61,298 bases of DNA from Hugenholtzia roseola DSM 9546 (GTDB taxonomy: Bacteria; Bacteroidota; Bacteroidia; Cytophagales; Bernardetiaceae), in contig NZ_KE383880.1 of the NCBI RefSeq assembly GCF_000422585.1, forward strand, positions 128,001-189,298, read 5' to 3'. Positions 10,616-20,437 of the stretch are shown in pieces; within the stretch, counting starts at the first letter, position 1; each line of letters begins with the position of its first letter. The translations under genes and the position numbers were made by a program. The notes beneath the pieces were generated by a model. That model had not been told where the DNA came from. It ran no database searches and saw nothing but the letters and a program-made list of their open reading frames with translations.

Positions 10616-10953
10616 ATTTTTATAGAAGGCAAACAAGTTGCTTAAATCGCATTGCCTACAAACTTTTGAAGTGTTATAGGTCTTTTTTGTTTTCAAGTCC
10701 TTTTGTCTTGAATTGTGATGCAAAGGTAGAGCTTTTTTCAATGCCTGTCAAGTCTTGGGGGCTTTTTTTTTGAAAAATTTTACAAAAAAATCACAACCTA
10801 CTCATTTTCAAGGATTTTCTTTATGTTAAGAAATGATGAACACAAAAAAAGTACGGCTGCGGTTTTTATCTGCCCGAAAAGAACTTGTAAGGAGCGAAAA
10901 ACTTTCCGACCTTTGTCCTACCTTTGCTCGCCTTTATTTCTAAATTTGCCACT

Positions 10954-11793
10954 ATGTCGCTCGAAATGCTCGCCTCTTTCTTGGGTTTTCTTTGGGATTC
11001 GAAAAACCAACACGCCCTTCAAGCCCCTTTTCTCTACCATCTCTACCTCGATACCATTCGCAAACCCAAACACTACTATCCTTTTGAAGCCTTAGATGCG
11101 CTGCGTGCCAAACTTGCTACCCAAAAAGAAGCAATTAGGGTGCAAGACTTTGGTGCAGGCGAAAAAGGGAAAAAGGCAAAAACAGCACAAGGCGAAAAAC
11201 GAAAGATTAACCAAATTTTGAAACGTTCTACCCTTTCGCCTTATTGGGCGAAATTTTTATTCCGCTTAGTGGCAGAGCGCAACCCAAAAGGTATTCTCGA
11301 ATTGGGTACGTCTTTGGGGCTTACAACCCTGCATCTGGCTCTGGCAAGCACCGCCGCAAAGGTCGTTACCTTCGAAGGTTGCCCCAATATTGCCGCCTTA
11401 GCACGCCAAAACTTTGCACAAATAAAAGAGCAGCCCACTTTCAATCCCGACAATATTCACCTCGAAGTAGGAAATATAGACCAAACTTTGCCCCTTTTTT
11501 TAGAAAAAAACCAAAAAAGTGCGTCCCCGCTGCCCTTAGATTTTGTCCTGATAGATGCCAACCATACCGAAGCGGCAACGCTACACTATTTCGAGCTACT
11601 GCTGCCTTATCTGAACCAAAAAAGTTGGGTTGTCTTTGACGATATTTATTGGTCTAAGGGCATGCAAAGGGCTTGGACGCAAATTAGGCAGCACCCAAAG
11701 GTGCGCTTACAGGTAGATTTATTTAAGATGGGGATTCTTTTTTTCAACCCCGAATTAAGTCGAGAGCATTTCAAACTTAGAACTTTTTTATGA
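10954..11793 (+). CDS. class I SAM-dependent methyltransferase (O-methyltransferase-like)
   Basis: ILELGTSLGLTTLHLA...VVTFEG (motif I-like), then ...VLIDANHTEAATLHYFELLLPYLNQKSWVVFDDIYW, typical of small-molecule O-MTases. ORF from 10924; Met at 10954 is the likely start. Confidence 0.55.
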   Translation: MSLEMLASFLGFLWDSKNQHALQAPFLYHLYLDTIRKPKHYYPFEALDALRAKLATQKEAIRVQDFGAGEKGKKAKTAQGEKRKINQILKRSTLSPYWAKFLFRLVAERNPKGILELGTSLGLTTLHLALASTAAKVVTFEGCPNIAALARQNFAQIKEQPTFNPDNIHLEVGNIDQTLPLFLEKNQKSASPLPLDFVLIDANHTEAATLHYFELLLPYLNQKSWVVFDDIYWSKGMQRAWTQIRQHPKVRLQVDLFKMGILFFNPELSREHFKLRTFL

Positions 11794-11795
11794 TT

Positions 11796-12296
11796 TTATT
11801 TTTCAAAAATTATTTTATCTTTCTTATCTACCTTTTTCACAAATATTTTTGTTTTTTCAATCCTGACGATTTCTACTTCCGAACCTGCATCTACCCATTC
11901 GCCCAAAGGGCTAACCTCATACACTTGCTGGTGAAAAATAGCGTTGCCCATCGGACGCAAAGCCGACTGCGCCTTGCCCTTTTCGCCTACATTCAACAAA
12001 CTAACAGAAAGTAAATGCTCGTCATTAAATTTGCCTTGCAGGGTTTGTTTCAAACTCAAACGCTCCCAAGTTTTGGCTTTCAGACCATAAAACAAAGCCC
12101 CCAAGCCCAATGCCACACCTGCCCCCAAAACAGCAACACTTGCCGTCAGACCAAATGAAAAAAAGGCTATAACGGCACTCAAAAGGGCTAAAAATGCACC
12201 CAATAGCCCCAATTTACCCGAAGGCAGGAGAAATAACTCGCCTATTAAAAAGGCAACTGCCGAAAGCATCAAAAAAATAATAATGAAAGTTTCCAA
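11796..12296 (-). CDS. NfeD-like membrane protein (N-terminal TM helices plus C-terminal OB-fold domain)
   Basis: Hydrophobic N-terminal half (LLGAFLALLSAVIAFFSFGLTASVAVLGAGVALGLGALF). The C-terminal ...GEKGKAQSALRPMGNAIFHQQVYEVSPLGEWVDAGSEVEIVRIEKTKIFVK resembles the NfeD C-terminal domain. Confidence 0.55.
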   Translation of the reverse strand: METFIIIFLMLSAVAFLIGELFLLPSGKLGLLGAFLALLSAVIAFFSFGLTASVAVLGAGVALGLGALFYGLKAKTWERLSLKQTLQGKFNDEHLLSVSLLNVGEKGKAQSALRPMGNAIFHQQVYEVSPLGEWVDAGSEVEIVRIEKTKIFVKKVDKKDKIIFEK

Positions 12297-12359
12297 ATTG
12301 CTGCCTTAAAATATGATTTTGCTATGATTGATAGATTTTATCCCTGCTTGTGTTCTCAA

Positions 12360-12485
12360 AATTTGAGCGAAATAAAATTTGGATTGAACCTTTTTCGGGT
12401 CTGAAACGCCTTTGTGTTTCAATCAAACTTAGGACAAGGCAATGCCTTGTCCCTACATTTGAAAATGATTTTTTTAGAACCAAAC
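12360..12485 (+). repeat. MITE-like hairpin repeat, copy 1
   Basis: gaaataaaatttggattgaacc...tttcaatcaaacttaggacaaggcaatgccttgtccctacatttgaa...tttttagaac. Confidence 0.75.
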
Positions 12486-12516
12486 GCGATGGCAGCGAAT
12501 AGGGTCGGAAAACGCC

Positions 12517-13800
12517 CTACTTGCGCACCACTACTTGAAAATCCTTTCCGCCTCTTTGTACGAAGACAGCATTGCCTAAGTTGGTAAAGTTTTGTAGCAT
12601 TTCAGCATCATAGTTTTTTACCGTAATTAACTCTAAGTTAGATTCGAGGGTAAAATCTAATTGACTGCCCATGCTGGCTTGCAATGCCTCCAACTTTCTT
12701 TCGTCCGTATCCAAACAGACATAAAAAGCCGTTGCAGAAGTCTGTAAGAGGTTGATTTTGAGATTGAAACGGGCAAGCTCGTTGTGAATATACGCTAAGG
12801 TATTCTTTTCATTGATGGAAGCCAAATCGCGCTGCTGAAAAGTACAGAGCGTCTGATTGCCTTTTACGATAATGGCAGGCAGGGCAGGTTGTGTAGGGAA
12901 ATTTCCAATGACAGTGCCTTCTTGGTCGTAATTGATAAAAGAACGCACATAGAGCGGAATGTTTTTCGCCGCTAAGGGTCTGATGGTTTTGGGGTGAATG
13001 ACCGTCGCGCCGTAATAGGTCATTTCGGCAGCGTCTGAATAGTTGATGTGAGTGAAAAGACGGGTGCTTTTGATGCGTTTGGGGTCGGCATTTAAAATTC
13101 CTGCTACATCTTTCCAAATCGTAACCGACTCGGCTTGCAGGCAATAGGCAAAGATGGCAGCGGTAAAATCTGACCCTTCTCTGCCCAAAGTCGTTGTTTT
13201 GCCGCCTATCGTTCCGCCCAAAAAGCCTTGTGTGAGGATAAAACGCACATCTAAAATAGGCAGCAATTCGGATTTGATGAGCTGTTCCGACCATTCCCAA
13301 TCCACTTGCCCTTCGCGCCAACGCTCGTTGGTCTGGACAAACCTACGGGCATCTACCCAAAGGCATTTGTCGTTATAGACCGTTTTTAGATATTCAGCGA
13401 CAATGGCAGTAGAGATAAGTTCGCCAAAACAGATGATTTGGTCGTAGTGTTTGTCCCAAATGGGTTCTTGCTCCTCCAAAGTGGCTTCTAATTGGAAGAA
13501 ATACTTTTTGAGGGTACGAAAAATAACCGCCTCTTCATTTCCTTCGAAAAGGTCGAGGGCAATTTGTTGGTGATAGGCTTCTAATTCCTTCAAGACCTGT
13601 TTATAGACTTGCGGCTGCCCCTTTCGCGCGGCATGAAAAAGGTCTTCTAAGTGGTTGGTAGTCTTTCCCATAGCCGAAACGACGACGACAAGTTTGTCGC
13701 CCCTTTCGAGGTAGGTTTTAAGAATTTGGCTCACATTTCGAACCGCAGCGGCATCTTTAACCGATGCGCCGCCGAATTTGAATACTTTGATGGGATTCAA
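12517..13800 (-). CDS. lysC: aspartate kinase
   Basis: N-terminal MNPIKVFKFGGASVKDAAAVRNV... (amino-acid kinase fold). 427 aa, with ACT-like C-terminus. Confidence 0.9.
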   Translation of the reverse strand: MNPIKVFKFGGASVKDAAAVRNVSQILKTYLERGDKLVVVVSAMGKTTNHLEDLFHAARKGQPQVYKQVLKELEAYHQQIALDLFEGNEEAVIFRTLKKYFFQLEATLEEQEPIWDKHYDQIICFGELISTAIVAEYLKTVYNDKCLWVDARRFVQTNERWREGQVDWEWSEQLIKSELLPILDVRFILTQGFLGGTIGGKTTTLGREGSDFTAAIFAYCLQAESVTIWKDVAGILNADPKRIKSTRLFTHINYSDAAEMTYYGATVIHPKTIRPLAAKNIPLYVRSFINYDQEGTVIGNFPTQPALPAIIVKGNQTLCTFQQRDLASINEKNTLAYIHNELARFNLKINLLQTSATAFYVCLDTDERKLEALQASMGSQLDFTLESNLELITVKNYDAEMLQNFTNLGNAVFVQRGGKDFQVVVRK

Positions 13801-14174
13801 GCCGATAAAGAAATTAGAGGGGTGAATAATACGCTACAAGTCAATAAAATGGGCTTTTCGCCCAAGAAAAGAGAAGAATCTCGCTGCAAAGGTAGGCGAT
13901 TGTCGGGACATGAAAAATCAAATGCTTGTTAAATTTCTGTATTTGAAAGGGTAGTGAGCAGAAAAAAACGTCGACTTATTGCCTTTTGTGTATCTTTGTT
14001 TGGCAGATAGGGTTTTGAAACCAAATAGGCAGCCTCGCTGGGCAGTATCGAAAACCATCATAGCCGAAAGAAAGTTATGAACAGACCCACCTATTTGGAA
14101 TTTTAGCCTTTTACACACGAGATACGACTAAAAAATTTTACTACCTACAAGATTTATCACCTAATTTTCTTACC

Positions 14175-15149
14175 ATGACTTGGTACCGTTATCTTAGCTT
14201 AGGCGAATATATCCTCATTACGCTTTTTATTGCCTTTTATGCCTTTTATGTGTATCGTACCTATCAGAAAGCGCGTTTTTTAGGCACTTCGGCAGGTAGT
14301 GTTTGGATAAAAGTAGCCCTACGGACATGCTATTTTGTCCTGCTTATTATGGCACTTTTAGGACCTTCTTTCGGCGAGGTACAAAAAGAGGTCAAAGCCG
14401 TAGGAAAAGACATTTTCCTTTTGGTAGATGTTTCGCGCTCTATGGACGCAAACGACGTGCAGCCTACCCGCATCGAGCGCGTGAAGCACGAACTAAAAGA
14501 ATTGGTCAATTCCTTTCGCGCCGAGCGCATTGGGCTTATCATCTTCACAACTGATGCCTACATGCAATGTCCGCTCACCTACGACCCCAGTGCCATCACC
14601 CTTTCGCTCGAAACGCTCAACACAGGGCTTATCTCCGATTCTGGAACAGACTTAGCCCCTTCTTTTCGTTTGGCGTTGGAAAAATTCAAACAAGAAGAAA
14701 CGACAGCAAAAAATGGCGGCAAGCAATCTAAAATCATGGTCTTAATCACCGACGGCGAAGACTTTGGCGAAGAAGCCGAAGATGCCGTTAGTGAAGCCTT
14801 AGAAGCAGGGATTCGCGTCTTTGCCTTAGGCGTAGGCACAGAAGAGGGCGGCAGAATCCCCAACGGCACAGACTACAAACGCGACCGCTTAGGTGATGAA
14901 GTCGTTACCAAACTCAATAAAAATGCCCTTAAAGACATTGCCGACAAAGCTGACGGGCGTTATTTCGAAATCACCAATACGCGCAGCGACATGAACCGCC
15001 TTATTTCGGCTATCCAAGAAATTGAAGGCGAAGTGCGCGATATTCGCAAGATGGACGCTTCGGCAAACAAATACTACTATTTTCTGTATGCTGCCTTAGC
15101 CCTAATTTTAGTAGATTTGCTTCTAACGGTTCGCCTGCTAAAAATATAG
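14175..15149 (+). CDS. VWA domain membrane protein, BatA-like
   Basis: Two N-terminal TM helices. DIFLLVDVSRSMDANDVQPTRIERVK (MIDAS motif DxSxS). A C-terminal TM helix. This is the typical BatA/BatB architecture. Confidence 0.7.
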   Translation: MTWYRYLSLGEYILITLFIAFYAFYVYRTYQKARFLGTSAGSVWIKVALRTCYFVLLIMALLGPSFGEVQKEVKAVGKDIFLLVDVSRSMDANDVQPTRIERVKHELKELVNSFRAERIGLIIFTTDAYMQCPLTYDPSAITLSLETLNTGLISDSGTDLAPSFRLALEKFKQEETTAKNGGKQSKIMVLITDGEDFGEEAEDAVSEALEAGIRVFALGVGTEEGGRIPNGTDYKRDRLGDEVVTKLNKNALKDIADKADGRYFEITNTRSDMNRLISAIQEIEGEVRDIRKMDASANKYYYFLYAALALILVDLLLTVRLLKI

Positions 15150-15253
15150 CCCCTAAAAATATTACCACTCACAACAGACCGTCTGACCGCTAACTTTTCC
15201 CAACACCACCTTGAATTGTCCTATCTTTTAGCAACTATCTTTACCTATTACTT

Positions 15254-16420
15254 ATGAGAATTATACTTTTTACGGGAAAAGGCGGAACAGGCAAAACCAC
15301 CTGCGCCGCTGCTACCGCTTATCAAGCGGCGCAAGAGGGTAAAAAAACACTTATCATCTCTACCGACCCCGCACATAGCCTCTCTGATGCCTTAGACATT
15401 AAATTGGGCGCAGAGCCTACCAAAATTGCCCCTAATTTATACGCGCAAGAGTTAGACGTGTATTATTCTATGCGAAAATATTGGGGCAATATTCGCAATT
15501 TGATGCTACAAGTTTTTAAATGGCAGGGCGTAGATAGCATCTTGGCAGAGGAACTTTCCGCCATTCCGGGCATGGAAGAGGGTTCGGCATTTCTTTGGAT
15601 TGAAAAATATTACACCGAAAAAGCATACGATGTCATTATCATCGATAGCGCACCGACAGGCGAAACGCTTACTTTTCTTTCCCTGCCGCAAGTAACAAAA
15701 TGGTGGACTACCAAAGCCTTTCCCTTTCAAAAAACAGCACTCAAATTTGTAGGCGGCGCGGTCAATCTCACCACAGGGATTCCCTTAGATAAAGGTTTTG
15801 ACGAATTAGAAAACCTTTTCGATAAGCTCGAGCGCGTGCAGAAGATTTTTTCAAAACCCGACATTTGCTCCATTCGCATCATTTGTAACCCCGAAAAGAT
15901 GGTCATTCAGGAGGCAAAACGCGCCTATACTTACCTACAACTTTATGGTTACAACATCGATGCCGTTATCGTCAATCGCCTTTTGCCCCAAGAGGAGCAG
16001 GGCAGTTTTTTTGCGCACTATCTCAAATCGCAAAAGGCTTATTTAGAAGAAATTGAAGACATCTTCGCGCCGCTGCCCATTCTAAAAGTGCCACATTTGG
16101 GCGAAGAGGTCTTTGGGCAGAAGCTGCTTGCCAAAATTTCGCAAGCCATTTACAAGGATAGAAACGCCACAGATGTTTTTTATAGAGAAAGCCCCTTCGA
16201 AATTGAGCAAATTACGGGCGGCTATCGCGTCCGGCTGCGGTTGCCTTTTTTAGAAAAAGACCAAATCAAAATCACCCAATTTGGCGACGAATTGGTGATA
16301 GATATTCAAAACAAACGCCGCAATCTCTTCCTACCCAAATTTTTTAGCTTCTATCAAATCAAAAACTATGAATATAGTGAGCCTTGGCTGCGCGTCAATT
16401 TTGTAAAGAAAGCCGTTTAG
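15254..16420 (+). CDS. ArsA/GET3-family anion-transporting ATPase-like protein
   Basis: Walker A/P-loop FTGKGGTGKTTCAAATA followed by STDPAHSLSDAL, the ArsA signature. Confidence 0.8.
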   Translation: MRIILFTGKGGTGKTTCAAATAYQAAQEGKKTLIISTDPAHSLSDALDIKLGAEPTKIAPNLYAQELDVYYSMRKYWGNIRNLMLQVFKWQGVDSILAEELSAIPGMEEGSAFLWIEKYYTEKAYDVIIIDSAPTGETLTFLSLPQVTKWWTTKAFPFQKTALKFVGGAVNLTTGIPLDKGFDELENLFDKLERVQKIFSKPDICSIRIICNPEKMVIQEAKRAYTYLQLYGYNIDAVIVNRLLPQEEQGSFFAHYLKSQKAYLEEIEDIFAPLPILKVPHLGEEVFGQKLLAKISQAIYKDRNATDVFYRESPFEIEQITGGYRVRLRLPFLEKDQIKITQFGDELVIDIQNKRRNLFLPKFFSFYQIKNYEYSEPWLRVNFVKKAV

Positions 16421-16517
16421 AAGAGAAAAGTAGTAAAAAAATAATAAAAAAGCGACAAGGATTTAAAATCTTTGTCGCTTTTTTTGTAGGAAAATAAAAC
16501 TTTGCCTTAAAATAGAT

Positions 16518-18626
16518 TTACTTCGTCTTTTTGAAAACCAAAACCGTATTTTCAAAACTACGCGCCGCCTCATAAATGCGATTGCGCTCACGCTCACTGA
16601 CATCGGCTTTGTAGTATTCCTGAATTTCTAACCTAATTTTGCGCCCAATGGCGATAAAATCGGTGCGAAAGAGGCACTGCATACGGTCTTTTTCTACCGC
16701 CCACACGTTTTTGCGCAAATCCTCGATGTTGCGAATGGCGTAGTTTTCGGGAATTTCAAATTCTATGACGGTATAAAACGATTCGGGATACAATTTATCG
16801 GGCTGCTGGGCTTGCATCTGCAAGAGCGAACCCACATTGAAAAGATAAGTGTCCGAAGCCTGTTCGAGGAGCGAAGGCGAATGAAGTGCGCCCTCGATGG
16901 AAAAGGAGTCGGTGGCTTGAAAGTAGGTGCTGGCAAAAGTATTCACCTGTGAGATGTGCAGAATGTCGGTCTGGCGATTTTGTGTCGCAATTTCAAAATG
17001 GCGGGCAATGTACTTTTCAGGCGTATCGCTTTGTGCATATTGTGCCTGCAAATCAGCCGCCTTATAGCCTACTAATTGACATTTTAGATTCAGATGTGTG
17101 GTCTGATTTTTTTTATCAAAGGATACTTGATACAAACTTCTAACTAAATTTTTATCGGTATGAGGGATAAGCTGCACAAAAGAGCGTCCTGCCCAATTTT
17201 GCCCCATGGCTACCTTTTGCATAAAAATCCCCTTCTGCCCTGTTAAATAGGCAGGCACCAGTCCGTAGCGAAAATGCGGTTCGGTGGGCGAAAGAAAAGC
17301 ATCTTCTTGTGGAAAATAGAAAAGATAGTGTTGTAAAAAATCCCAAGAAGGAAAATGCTCGTCCAATTCATAAAAACGCTTATCCGAAGTCATGACCAAG
17401 CGGTAGTCTATTTTGGCTTCTTCTAAAAGCAGAGCAAAAAGACGCACCAAGCCCAATTCGTTCGCTACGCCTTGTTCAAGAATGTAGGCAAGGTGGCTGT
17501 ATTCGTTTTCATAACGCTCTTCCTTTCTTATGTAAGTTTTGATGTAATTTTCTATGCTGCGAATGGCAATAGGAAGGCTACCTTTCTGTCTGTTTTGGGC
17601 TTCTGTGGGCAAAATTTGTTGGAGCAGGTCGCGCAAGTGCGCCTTATTTTCACCTTCGCGTTCCAAATAAACGTGCTTGACGATAGAAGTAGAAAGGTCG
17701 TTCCAAGTAAAGATACTTTGCGCCTGCATGTCGGCATAATGCGAAATTTTGTGATGCACACGCGGCAGGGCGGCAAAATCAAGATGCTGCGTTTGTAGGT
17801 GTCGTGCCTGCGCCTGTAAGATATTTTTGTTCTCTAATTCATCATAAAAAGCCGTAATAGAAGGAAACTGTTGGTAGGCTTTAGCTTCAAAAACTACCTC
17901 TTGGGGCGAAATAATCTCAAACGTATAATTTTCTATAACCGCATTTTCAGGAATTTGATGATAGCCACAGACCATATTTTCGCGCTCTATCAGATAAAAA
18001 AACTCCAACTCTCCGCCAAGTTCTGCACCCTCGATGGCAAAGACTTTCATAGCTTGCGAAGCCTCGAATTGTAGCTCCTTGATGGCTTCAAAGGGCAACT
18101 CTTTTACCTGCCCTTCGGCACTAATAAAACGCGCTTTGAGTTTTAGAAGTTCGCCCTCTTGTAGGGGCAGATAAATTTGACTATAACGCGCAAGGGCTTC
18201 ATTATCAGTCAGATAGACGCTTTGGTGATAAAGCTCCAAGACTCGCAAATTTTCGTTTAGGTCGTAAAAATGCTCTATCTTGTGTGTGTATTGGCGAAAA
18301 AAGGTAGGATTGACTTCCCCTTTTCGTGGGATAGGCTGCTTGTTTATAGTGGGATTGCTTTCCCAATCGTAGCGCAAAAGTAGGATAGAGGCAGGGGGCG
18401 GCGAAACCAAACTTTGCGCAAGTAGGTCGGCGGGAATACCCAAAAGCGTAAAACCCAAAAATGCTAAAAAAGGATAGTCGGAAAAAGAAGCTACCTTGCG
18501 CTGTTGATTTTGTCTTTGTATCGTTTTTAATACCAAAATTCCAACCATAAGCCACTGTATTGCACCCTTTCCAAAGGAGAAAGGAGGCGCAAAAGAGGCT
18601 GTATTTTTTGAAGTGTTCAAAGTCAT
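16518..18626 (-). CDS. hypothetical protein, possibly DUF3857/transglutaminase-like fold (tentative)
   Basis: 702 aa with a hydrophobic N-terminus. The central segment GVANELGLVRLFALLLEEAKIDYRLVMTS resembles the transglutaminase-like core motif G-C-x-x-FA...GIPAR, but with Leu where the catalytic Cys would be. No other family signature was recognised. Confidence 0.35.
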   Translation of the reverse strand: MTLNTSKNTASFAPPFSFGKGAIQWLMVGILVLKTIQRQNQQRKVASFSDYPFLAFLGFTLLGIPADLLAQSLVSPPPASILLLRYDWESNPTINKQPIPRKGEVNPTFFRQYTHKIEHFYDLNENLRVLELYHQSVYLTDNEALARYSQIYLPLQEGELLKLKARFISAEGQVKELPFEAIKELQFEASQAMKVFAIEGAELGGELEFFYLIERENMVCGYHQIPENAVIENYTFEIISPQEVVFEAKAYQQFPSITAFYDELENKNILQAQARHLQTQHLDFAALPRVHHKISHYADMQAQSIFTWNDLSTSIVKHVYLEREGENKAHLRDLLQQILPTEAQNRQKGSLPIAIRSIENYIKTYIRKEERYENEYSHLAYILEQGVANELGLVRLFALLLEEAKIDYRLVMTSDKRFYELDEHFPSWDFLQHYLFYFPQEDAFLSPTEPHFRYGLVPAYLTGQKGIFMQKVAMGQNWAGRSFVQLIPHTDKNLVRSLYQVSFDKKNQTTHLNLKCQLVGYKAADLQAQYAQSDTPEKYIARHFEIATQNRQTDILHISQVNTFASTYFQATDSFSIEGALHSPSLLEQASDTYLFNVGSLLQMQAQQPDKLYPESFYTVIEFEIPENYAIRNIEDLRKNVWAVEKDRMQCLFRTDFIAIGRKIRLEIQEYYKADVSERERNRIYEAARSFENTVLVFKKTK

Positions 18627-19194
18627 AGATTTTTTAGAATAGATTGGGTAGGTTTCGTAGTGGGGAGCAGAGGGGCGGCAAATTTTCTTCTGCCAACATT
18701 TAGTACGCGAAGGAACTAAGCAGAAAACTTATATCAGAATTGCGTTTCTTTGTAACGAAAAACCCTTTATAGAGTTGGGTCGGAGCTGCATTTTGTCCCG
18801 CTTTCGGCGACAAAAAAGAAGGGTCTATGCCTTCAAATAGGCTTATGAAAAGCCTTTCCTCTTTTCTACTGCTGCAAATATGATACAGAATCGCGGTTTT
18901 TTATGAAAATTTGAAGAAAGAAAATAAAAAAACTCGAAAAGGCGCGTGCTTTTTGGTGGGAAATGCGGAAATAAGGGAAGAATGTAGTGCCTTTGAAGCG
19001 ATTTGGGTCGGAAGTAGTAATTTTTGAGAATCGTAAAGAAGAAGAATATCCGCTATTGGAAGGGTAAGATACGCAAAAAAACAGCGTCTTTCCCTACCAT
19101 AACTAAAAAAGGCGAAAAATAGGTTTTTTATTTTTGAAAAAAGCCCAAAAACAGAATTTAGGCACAAATAAAAAGCCTTACACAAAATTTTATA

Positions 19195-19292
19195 CCAAAG
19201 ACTAAGAGCCAACCCTAATTACTATCAACATAACATCATCTATTTATTTGAGGTTTCCTTTTCAATTTTCTAAGTCTGCTGCAAGTTTTGTG
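19195..19292 (-). pseudogene. decayed remnant of the 3' end of a SpoIIE/PP2C sensor gene, paralogous to 20900-20990
   Basis: About 85% nucleotide identity to 20899-20990 (the C-terminal coding end of the 1165-aa phosphatase). Its reverse complement encodes ...QNLQQT*KIEKETSNK*MM...DDVMLIVIRVGS*, aligning with ...QNLQQTLENWKGNLKQIDDITLIGIRIDP*. Two in-frame stops are present. Confidence 0.5.
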
Positions 19293-19564
19293 CTTGCAGG
19301 ATAGGCAGTTGCAAAGAGAATTTTGTGGCTTCAAAGTGGGATTATTTTTTTGCTAATATTTTTCTATTTTACTATCTTTGTAGTATCTTACAATGCAAAG
19401 CCAAGGTTTCGTTATTCGTAGTGTTCCCATAACCAGAAAATAGCCCAAATAGTAGTATTGTCAATAGTGCAAATCTCAAATAGCGGATACAAAAAGGCAT
19501 AAAAAAATAGTAATCTCTAAAAAAAGCGTATCTTCACACTCTAATTTAGCGCATAAAGCCCTTT
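19293..19564. repeat. about 280-bp Rpn-flanking repeat R, copy 1 (immediately upstream of rpn-1)
   Basis: About 90% identical to 20438-20722. It contains the block aaaagcataaaaaaat(a/g)gtaatctctaaaaaaa(g/t)cgta(t/c)cttcacactctaatt(t)agcgcataaag directly before the rpn start codon. Confidence 0.85.
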
Positions 19565-20413
19565 ATGGAAAACGAAAAACCTAATCAAAAAGAACAAAAT
19601 CTTTACGATAAAATTTTAAAGGAAAATATCTTATCGTATGTCTTACAATTTTCAGAAAAACAGTTGGGATTTCGCATCAAAAAGCACGCTTTATTAAAAG
19701 ATAAATTACAAACTACCTTAGAACGAGAGGCGGATTTTCTAATTTTTATCACCACCCAAGACGAAAAAGAATTTATCCTACAATTAGAGTTTCAAGCAAG
19801 AGATGAACCTAATATGGTGCTTCGTATGCAAGAATATCATGCCATTTTACAAAAAAAATACCAAATACCTGTTATTCAAATCGTTTATTACTTAGGCGAA
19901 ACGCCCAGCAATATGCGTGCTACCCTTGCGCCATCAGAGGTTTTCACAGGCTTTCAATTAAAATCTTTTAGAGATTATTCCTACAAAGAGTTTATCGAAT
20001 CTGAAAATGCCGAAGAGGTCATTATGGCAGTTTTGGCGGATTTCGAAAAGGAAAAGCAGGAAGAAGTGATTAGTAAAATTTTATTCCGCCTTTCGCAACT
20101 AAAAACAGATATTACTGCGTTAAATAAGTATGTCAAGCAGTTGCTTGTTTTGGCGCGTTTGCGCAATAAACTTCCAAAAATCATTCAAAACCAATTAGGC
20201 AATATGGGAACGATAGGATACGACATCGAAAAAGATGACTTTTATTTGCAAGGCTTAGAAAAGGGCAAAATAGAAGGTGAACGCGCTGGCGAGTTGAAGG
20301 CTCGTCATGAATTAGCGATTTCTTGCTTACAAGATGGGCTTTCTGTGGAGAAAACTGCTAAACTTACAAAATTATCCATCGAGGAAGTTCGGAAGTTGAG
20401 TAAAGAGTTGTAA
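19565..20413 (+). CDS. Rpn-family (YhgA-like) PD-(D/E)XK recombination-promoting nuclease / putative transposase
   Basis: N-terminal ...LEREADFLIFITTQDEKEFILQLEFQ... carries a D...E-x-Q core as in YhgA/Rpn nucleases. The C-terminal tail has GLEKGKIEGE repeats and an HTH-like end LSVEKTAKLTKLSIEEVRKL. Confidence 0.75.
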   Translation: MENEKPNQKEQNLYDKILKENILSYVLQFSEKQLGFRIKKHALLKDKLQTTLEREADFLIFITTQDEKEFILQLEFQARDEPNMVLRMQEYHAILQKKYQIPVIQIVYYLGETPSNMRATLAPSEVFTGFQLKSFRDYSYKEFIESENAEEVIMAVLADFEKEKQEEVISKILFRLSQLKTDITALNKYVKQLLVLARLRNKLPKIIQNQLGNMGTIGYDIEKDDFYLQGLEKGKIEGERAGELKARHELAISCLQDGLSVEKTAKLTKLSIEEVRKLSKEL

Positions 20414-20437
20414 GCCTGTTAGTCGTCTTCGGCTGTT

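Noticed and set aside
10268-10741. 157-aa minus-strand ORF overlapping the tRNA-Ser
   Set aside because: It covers the tRNA gene and an A/T-rich intergenic region. Spurious.
12809-13321. 170-aa alternate-frame ORF inside lysC
   Set aside because: It is embedded in the aspartate kinase coding sequence, with a Cys/His/Arg-rich composition typical of an off-frame translation.
18901-19212. 103-aa ORF in the AT-rich spacer before the Rpn locus
   Set aside because: It has low-complexity Phe/Leu/Lys composition in an A/T-rich intergenic stretch, and it overlaps the pseudo-3' end remnant.
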